DNA of 64,000 nucleotides from Candidatus Coprovivens sp. (GTDB lineage Bacteria; Bacillota_I; Bacilli_A; RF39; UBA660): NCBI GenBank assembly GCA_051892935.1, contig JBJFGS010000025.1, positions 32,001 to 96,000 of the forward strand, read 5' to 3'. Shown piece by piece: positions 59,297 to 64,000 of this stretch (position 1 is its first letter; each line of letters starts with the position of its first letter). The notes under the pieces were generated by a model. It saw only the letters and a program-made list of their open reading frames with translations, ran no database searches and was not told where the DNA came from. The position numbers and the translations under genes were made by a program.

Positions 59297-60124
59297 ATGA
59301 AAGAAAAAAAAGACATCAAATATCTTGTCAAAAGTAACAATTACATAGGACTATTATTCTTCGCGCTAGTACTAGCATCACTATTATATATATTAAAAAA
59401 AGAAGAAACAACATTTCAAAACATCGAACCAACTATGAATGAAATAACAAACTTACAAGAACAACCTAAAGAAATAACAGAGCCAACAAAAGAAATATCA
59501 GATCTCCAAAACTATCTAAATACCGGAGATCCAAACACATTTAATATATATCAATCACATTATATATTAAATGAAAAAATAACAAAAGATAACCTTAATA
59601 ACGAAACTCTTCTATATATGGCATATAAATATATAGAAAAAACAACCGACTTCACAAACTATATAAACTACCTGGGTTGTGATGAAGCTCAAATCATAGG
59701 ACTAGATAATCAAATAACACAATGTGGTGGAACCAAAATAAATGCTACTACTTATACGATGAACAGATATATTACAAAAGAATTATTAAATAAAACAATC
59801 AAAAAAATATTTAACATAAATCTAACTCAATATACAAACTTTTATACAAGTGAAGATAATCTATGTTACTATTTAAAAGACGAATTTTTATGTGTTTCCC
59901 ATCAAACAAATAAAATAACAAATTATGGCGAAAAAGAATTTCAAAAAGCATACAAATATAATAATAAAATAGAAATTATAGAAAAATATCATTTCATAAA
60001 TAATGGAATATATTACAAAGGTTTTAATAGCCAAGAAATAGGTGAAGGATATTATAAAAGTACCTTCAATAAAATAAATGGTTCATATTACTGGGAAAGC
60101 ACAGAGTATTACGAAATAAACTAG
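59297..60124 (+). CDS. Membrane-anchored extracellular protein
   Basis: aggtga RBS; N-terminal TM; C-terminal F.KINGSYYW.S. Confidence 0.7.
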   Translation: MKEKKDIKYLVKSNNYIGLLFFALVLASLLYILKKEETTFQNIEPTMNEITNLQEQPKEITEPTKEISDLQNYLNTGDPNTFNIYQSHYILNEKITKDNLNNETLLYMAYKYIEKTTDFTNYINYLGCDEAQIIGLDNQITQCGGTKINATTYTMNRYITKELLNKTIKKIFNINLTQYTNFYTSEDNLCYYLKDEFLCVSHQTNKITNYGEKEFQKAYKYNNKIEIIEKYHFINNGIYYKGFNSQEIGEGYYKSTFNKINGSYYWESTEYYEIN

Positions 60125-60143
60125 TTATTTTAACTAGTTTTTT

Positions 60144-60184
60144 CTTGATATTTCCTTGACATATCAAGTGTCTAGCAATATAAT
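60144..60184 (+). promoter_or_regulatory. Consensus sigma-A promoter overlapped by an inverted repeat (possible operator)
   Basis: TTGACA(60156)-17 bp-TATAAT(60179); cttgata...tatcaag palindrome across the -35. Confidence 0.7.
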
Positions 60185-60220
60185 TAAGATGTAAAATATA
60201 AAAGAAAGGAATTGGTAAAA

Positions 60221-60988
60221 ATGCGTAAATTAAATGAATTATTTCAAGAATTAGGAATATCTAAAGTAAGATTAGCAAAATATTTAGGAGTTTCAAGACA
60301 AATGGTCTATAACTATCTAGAACTAAATGATATAAATAAATGGCCAAAAGAAAAAAAATTATTACTATTTAAATTATTAGATATAAATGATAGTAACGCA
60401 ATAGAAGATATTCAAGTAACAACAGACTACTTAATGAATGTTGAAAGTAGATTAAATCAAGGAGTAAAAAGTACGGCTGAAATGGATAATGGTTTAAACT
60501 TCAAAGGTTTAAATAAAGAATCACAAGTACTCCTAAGCGATATAACTTATCTTCTAAAAGAAAAATTAAGTGATGAGACAAAAGAAGAAAACTACTATGC
60601 TATTTTATATCTATATCATCTACTACAATCTTTAGATAATGTTCCAGAAATTAAATATATATTTGGTTATATGAGTAAAACAACAGGATTTACCAATCCA
60701 GAAGAATATAAATTTCAAGAAGATAAACAATTTATTTTTGAAGGTATCCTATACTCAGCTTTAACATTATACAACAACGGAGGAGCATCTCGTTCTAAGT
60801 TAGCCGAATCACATAAACGTTTTGTACAAGAAATAGAACAAAAAAATGAAGAAAAACTTTCTCGTACACAACAACTAAATACAATAAAAATTCAAGCACT
60901 TAAAGAACTAGGATTCACAGAAATAAACGAAAGCAATGCTGCCGAAGTATTTGAAAAAATAGCAGAAATTCAATCAAGAAAGGTTTAG
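60221..60988 (+). CDS. XRE-like HTH protein
   Basis: LGISKVRLAKYLGVSRQMVYNY HTH. Confidence 0.8.
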   Translation: MRKLNELFQELGISKVRLAKYLGVSRQMVYNYLELNDINKWPKEKKLLLFKLLDINDSNAIEDIQVTTDYLMNVESRLNQGVKSTAEMDNGLNFKGLNKESQVLLSDITYLLKEKLSDETKEENYYAILYLYHLLQSLDNVPEIKYIFGYMSKTTGFTNPEEYKFQEDKQFIFEGILYSALTLYNNGGASRSKLAESHKRFVQEIEQKNEEKLSRTQQLNTIKIQALKELGFTEINESNAAEVFEKIAEIQSRKV

Positions 60989-61021
60989 CAATAAACCTTT
61001 TTTATAATAAAAGGAGTATAT

Positions 61022-61603
61022 ATGAAAAAGAAAATAATAATATTATCTAGCTTACTATTATTAATTAGTGGATGTAAAGAAAAAGAAATAGAATGTGAAG
61101 AGCAAAAAGAAGAAACACTAATAAAATATAATAATACAAAAATAACCGAAAAAGATGCTCTAGAAGAAACAAAAGAATATATCTTTCCAGTTATATTTGA
61201 AAAAGTAATAGGAGATATTTTAACAGAAGAAATGAAGGATAAACTCGAAGATGGAAATAACTACGCAGAAGAAACAATAGAAGAACTAAAAACTTACTAT
61301 GAAGATGAACTTGAAAAAGCAATAATATCCTATACATCATATAAAACAATAGAAGAATATAAAAGATCAATTTTAATAAGTTATTTACAAGAAGAATATT
61401 TTAAAGAATATATTAGCAATAAAGAAAAAATAGATTACAACGAAATTACCGATGATAATTTAACTAATTATTATAAAAAATATTATGTTGAGAGTATAAA
61501 CGACTTATTAAAAAAATATAATGTAACATTCGAAAATAAAGATTATAAAAAGATGTATGAAAAATATATAGAAGAAAAAGAAACTTACTATAATAATAAC
61601 TAA
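61022..61603 (+). CDS. Lipoprotein, PrsA/SurA-N-like without a PPIase domain
   Basis: ISGC lipobox; KITEKD..E; LLKKYNV.F.NKDYK terminus. Confidence 0.6.
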   Translation: MKKKIIILSSLLLLISGCKEKEIECEEQKEETLIKYNNTKITEKDALEETKEYIFPVIFEKVIGDILTEEMKDKLEDGNNYAEETIEELKTYYEDELEKAIISYTSYKTIEEYKRSILISYLQEEYFKEYISNKEKIDYNEITDDNLTNYYKKYYVESINDLLKKYNVTFENKDYKKMYEKYIEEKETYYNNN

Positions 61604-61916
61604 AGCACATTTTGTGCTTTTTTAATAATTTAAAGTGTCCTATTAGCATAATAAGAATAGAGAAGGGGAAGATAAAGAAATTAAAGAAAACATTCTTAAA
61701 AATAGCTAAAAACGCCCAAAAATATATAACATAAATAAAATTAATAAGTATGAAAAAATAATAATTAAAAAATAAAAAGATCAAACTCATAAACATAACA
61801 TTTGTTCGCTAGCAAAAATTAAAAAACTCCCCCTATTCAAAAATGCAAAAATTAATAGGGGACTCGAATTAAAAAAATACAAATAAAACATTCAAAAAAA
61901 AGATACAATTATTCAA

Positions 61917-62220
61917 TGAGATAATGAAACTAATCATATAATTAAATCTCGAATCCTAATTTGAAATAACCACAGTCCATAGATTGATAATTTATCAATT
62001 ATTTAAATGTCGATTCCAATTTCATAATACAGATTACGAAATATTAATTCCACGAGATGATAAATTGTTCATCTTTTAAAATCTCGATGCCGATTTAAAA
62101 CAATAAATAAGAAACGAGACGATGAAGTATTCATCAAAAGAAATCTCGATTCCTAATTTAAAAGTTTAAATAGAAATCAAGCTAAAGAACTAATAAGCTA
62201 ACAGAAATTCGTTTCCAATA
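61917..62220. repeat. Array of five degenerate ~61-74-nt hairpin units (consensus CGAGA-[GATGA..TCATC]-AAATCTCGATTCC-AATTT)
   Basis: TCG-core 3' ends at about 61951, 62012, 62086, 62148 and 62211; internal stems vary in sequence but keep pairing. Confidence 0.65.
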
Positions 62221-62419
62221 AATGCCAAACCAAAAACGAACAAATGTATAACATATAAGAAAATAATAATTTTAAATTTTTTCTTAAATTAAAGATTAAT
62301 TAAATAATAATTATATAATATATATTAATAAAATAAAACTAAAGAAAAATAACATAATAAAGAAATAAATTAACAAAATAATTTTCTATATATAAATGAA
62401 TTTTTAAATTAAATATTTA

Positions 62420-62447
62420 ACTTCGTATAATATATATTATGTTAACC
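62420..62447 (+). other. dif site (chromosome dimer resolution)
   Basis: ACTTCGTATAA-TATATA-TTATGTTAACC; 11-6-11 layout closely matching the B. subtilis dif; intergenic; gene orientation converges here. Confidence 0.85.
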
Positions 62448-62530
62448 AATTAAATATTTTATAAAAAATAAATACTATTATTCATAATAATTATATTTAT
62501 AAAGTTTAAAAAAGCTCATATTAAAAACTT

Positions 62531-63259
62531 CTATAAAGATATGATAATTATTATAATTCCAAATATAATCCCCATAATAAGCCATTTATAACATTTATAA
62601 GAGATTCCTTCTTTTAAAATTTTTAAAACACTAAGACTAATCATAATACCACCAGTAATTATTAGAATAATACTCATAATAAAATCATTAATAAAATTAT
62701 TTAAAAAAATAATACTAAATAAAGCACCAAAAACTTCCCCCATAGAACTAATAATAGTCATAAAAAAAGCTTTCCCCCTACTTCCAGTACTATAATAAAT
62801 AGGTAAACTAATACATATTCCTTCCGGAATATTATGAATCATAATAATAAAACTCATCTTCAAACCTAAAGAAAGATTATTACTACTAGTTAAAGCACAA
62901 ATAACTCCTTCAGGAACATTATGAACAAATAAACTAAGCATACTAAGAATACCTATCTTATATAAGCTACTCTCCCCTACAATATTTCTATCAATAACAA
63001 AAACAATTATATAACCAATCAATAATAAAATTAAACCATACACAAAAATACCAAATATACTAAAATCATTATTAACCAATAATAAACCATCAGGAATTAA
63101 TTCTATAATAGAGATTAAAAACATAACTATAAAAGATAACCCCATTGAAAAAGAGATTAACTTATTTTTATATTTTACATCAATAAATAATAGTATATTT
63201 CCTAATATAGTAGCAAATCCAGCTATAAAAGTTATAATTAAAGGATAAATATTTTTCAT
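62531..63259 (-). CDS. ZIP family metal transporter (ZupT-like)
   Basis: HNVPEG and HNIPEG motifs; multiple TMs. Confidence 0.9.
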   Translation of the reverse strand: MKNIYPLIITFIAGFATILGNILLFIDVKYKNKLISFSMGLSFIVMFLISIIELIPDGLLLVNNDFSIFGIFVYGLILLLIGYIIVFVIDRNIVGESSLYKIGILSMLSLFVHNVPEGVICALTSSNNLSLGLKMSFIIMIHNIPEGICISLPIYYSTGSRGKAFFMTIISSMGEVFGALFSIIFLNNFINDFIMSIILIITGGIMISLSVLKILKEGISYKCYKWLIMGIIFGIIIIIISL

Positions 63260-63342
63260 AGTAAATTATATTCAATAAATTACCAACTATTACCATAATA
63301 TATTATTAAATATAGCTAATAATAGTATTAGGAGGTTAGATT

Positions 63343-63468
63343 ATGAGCAGAAAAGAAAATAATCAAAAATCTTCTAGTAGATGTAATAATAATGCTAGAA
63401 GCAAAGAAAGATCTAATGCTAGATCAAATGAACAAAAACAATCTGGATCAAAAAGCCAAAATAAGTAA
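63343..63468 (+). CDS. Small hydrophilic S/N/Q/R/K-rich protein (41 aa), gamma-SASP-like composition
   Basis: Perfect aggagg RBS; MSRKENNQKSSSRCNNNARSKERSNARSNEQKQSGSKSQNK; followed by a terminator. Confidence 0.65.
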   Translation: MSRKENNQKSSSRCNNNARSKERSNARSNEQKQSGSKSQNK

Positions 63469-63499
63469 TCAAAATAAAAAGAACTATTTTTTAGTTCTT

Positions 63500-64000
63500 T
63501 TATTTTTTTACCAAACAAGTAACTGCTTCTCTATCTTTTGTCTCACTATTAACATAATAGCAAGTACATAAATTTTCCCTGCAGCTACCACAATCAACAG
63601 CAGTAGCACATTTCGTTAATCTAATTTTCTCGCTATTTTGAGGGCTAACTGAACCAGGGTTATTAACAACTTTTTCTAAACCTGCAACTTTAGTTGCTCC
63701 TTGCTTATTTAAATTAGTATATGAACTAGGAATAATTATAGTAAAGCCATCATCGCACTTAGTTTCATACAAATTAGTAAGTTTTTCGTTAAGTACTTTA
63801 AATTCAGCCAATTGAGCGATACATGAATTTAAATTTATATTATCACAATAATATTTATTATCTAAGTAAGTAAACCAACTACCAACTATATCCAAACTAT
63901 AATTCTGTATTTCTTTTCTTTTAGCATCTTCTTTTTTATATTCCTCAAGTAATTCTATTACAGGTTCTAGTTCACTTACACTTCCACTAACATAATACTT
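63500..64000 (-). CDS. C-terminal part of a Cys-rich, probably extracellular protein (start lies beyond the window)
   Basis: Frame is open to the window end; C-terminal C..A.DC..C....CTC.Y......C cluster. Confidence 0.7.
   Translation of the reverse strand, partial: KYYVSGSVSELEPVIELLEEYKKEDAKRKEIQNYSLDIVGSWFTYLDNKYYCDNINLNSCIAQLAEFKVLNEKLTNLYETKCDDGFTIIIPSSYTNLNKQGATKVAGLEKVVNNPGSVSPQNSEKIRLTKCATAVDCGSCRENLCTCYYVNSETKDREAVTCLVKK

Noticed and set aside
699-61796. Numerous short antisense or alternative-frame ORFs in the track (e.g. 699..932, 20153..20515, 28871..29176, 58721..59269, 61464..61796)
   Set aside because: Shadows of real genes caused by A-rich codon bias; no RBS and low-complexity F/L/S/I composition
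61946-62153. tRNA genes suggested by TCGAATCC/TCGATTCC motifs
   Set aside because: No GG partner for a T-stem and no acceptor, D or anticodon arms
61917-62220. CRISPR array call
   Set aside because: Repeats are too degenerate, variable sequence lies inside the hairpins, and no cas genes are in the window; kept as an unexplained repeat
62418-62447. loxP-like site (TAACTTCGTATAA)
   Set aside because: Only one arm matches loxP; the 11-6-11 layout with a TTATGTTAA arm fits dif
1-64000. Alternative genetic code (UGA=Trp) as in mycoplasmas
   Set aside because: Conserved genes use TGG for Trp, and TGA acts as a stop in ATGA-coupled gene junctions

Overview
Very AT-rich chromosomal segment of a small-genome, spore-forming-type Firmicute. 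It uses the standard genetic code; gene content and style suggest an uncultured Bacilli lineage such as RF39 (inference only). Housekeeping and sporulation genes include sepF, divIVA, sigK, yqeG/yqeH, mutL, miaA, natAB-like ABC, rpsT, spoIIP, xerC, ppdK, acpS, mscL, a U32 hydroxylase and a spoIIM-like gene. A dif site at 62420-62447 places the window next to the replication terminus. Mobile DNA comprises a degenerate IS3-family element, a 192-bp IS1182-like MITE with a 32-bp target duplication, and a 3.2-kb block bounded by 22-bp direct repeats. The most notable candidates are: (1) a tandem, covarying structured RNA motif, each copy fused to a terminator, plus two small ORFs (one with 12 Tyr in 45 aa), leading a nucleotidyltransferase-GNAT-ABC operon; (2) a Dlt-like envelope acylation pathway with an added PLP decarboxylase and an MBOAT carrying its own C-terminal IYxxF acyl-shuttle motif; (3) a surface protein with an ungapped eukaryote-like ubiquitin domain and a putative ADP-ribosyltransferase-like N-terminus, lying between Fic and macrodomain genes in a hairpin-delimited cassette array; (4) an unexplained array of five ~60-75-nt hairpin units beside dif; (5) a translationally coupled coiled-coil/TM + microprotein + AAA-ATPase operon; (6) an apparent inversion of the usual GC skew relative to gene orientation. 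All calls come from reading the sequence by eye; no database searches were run.
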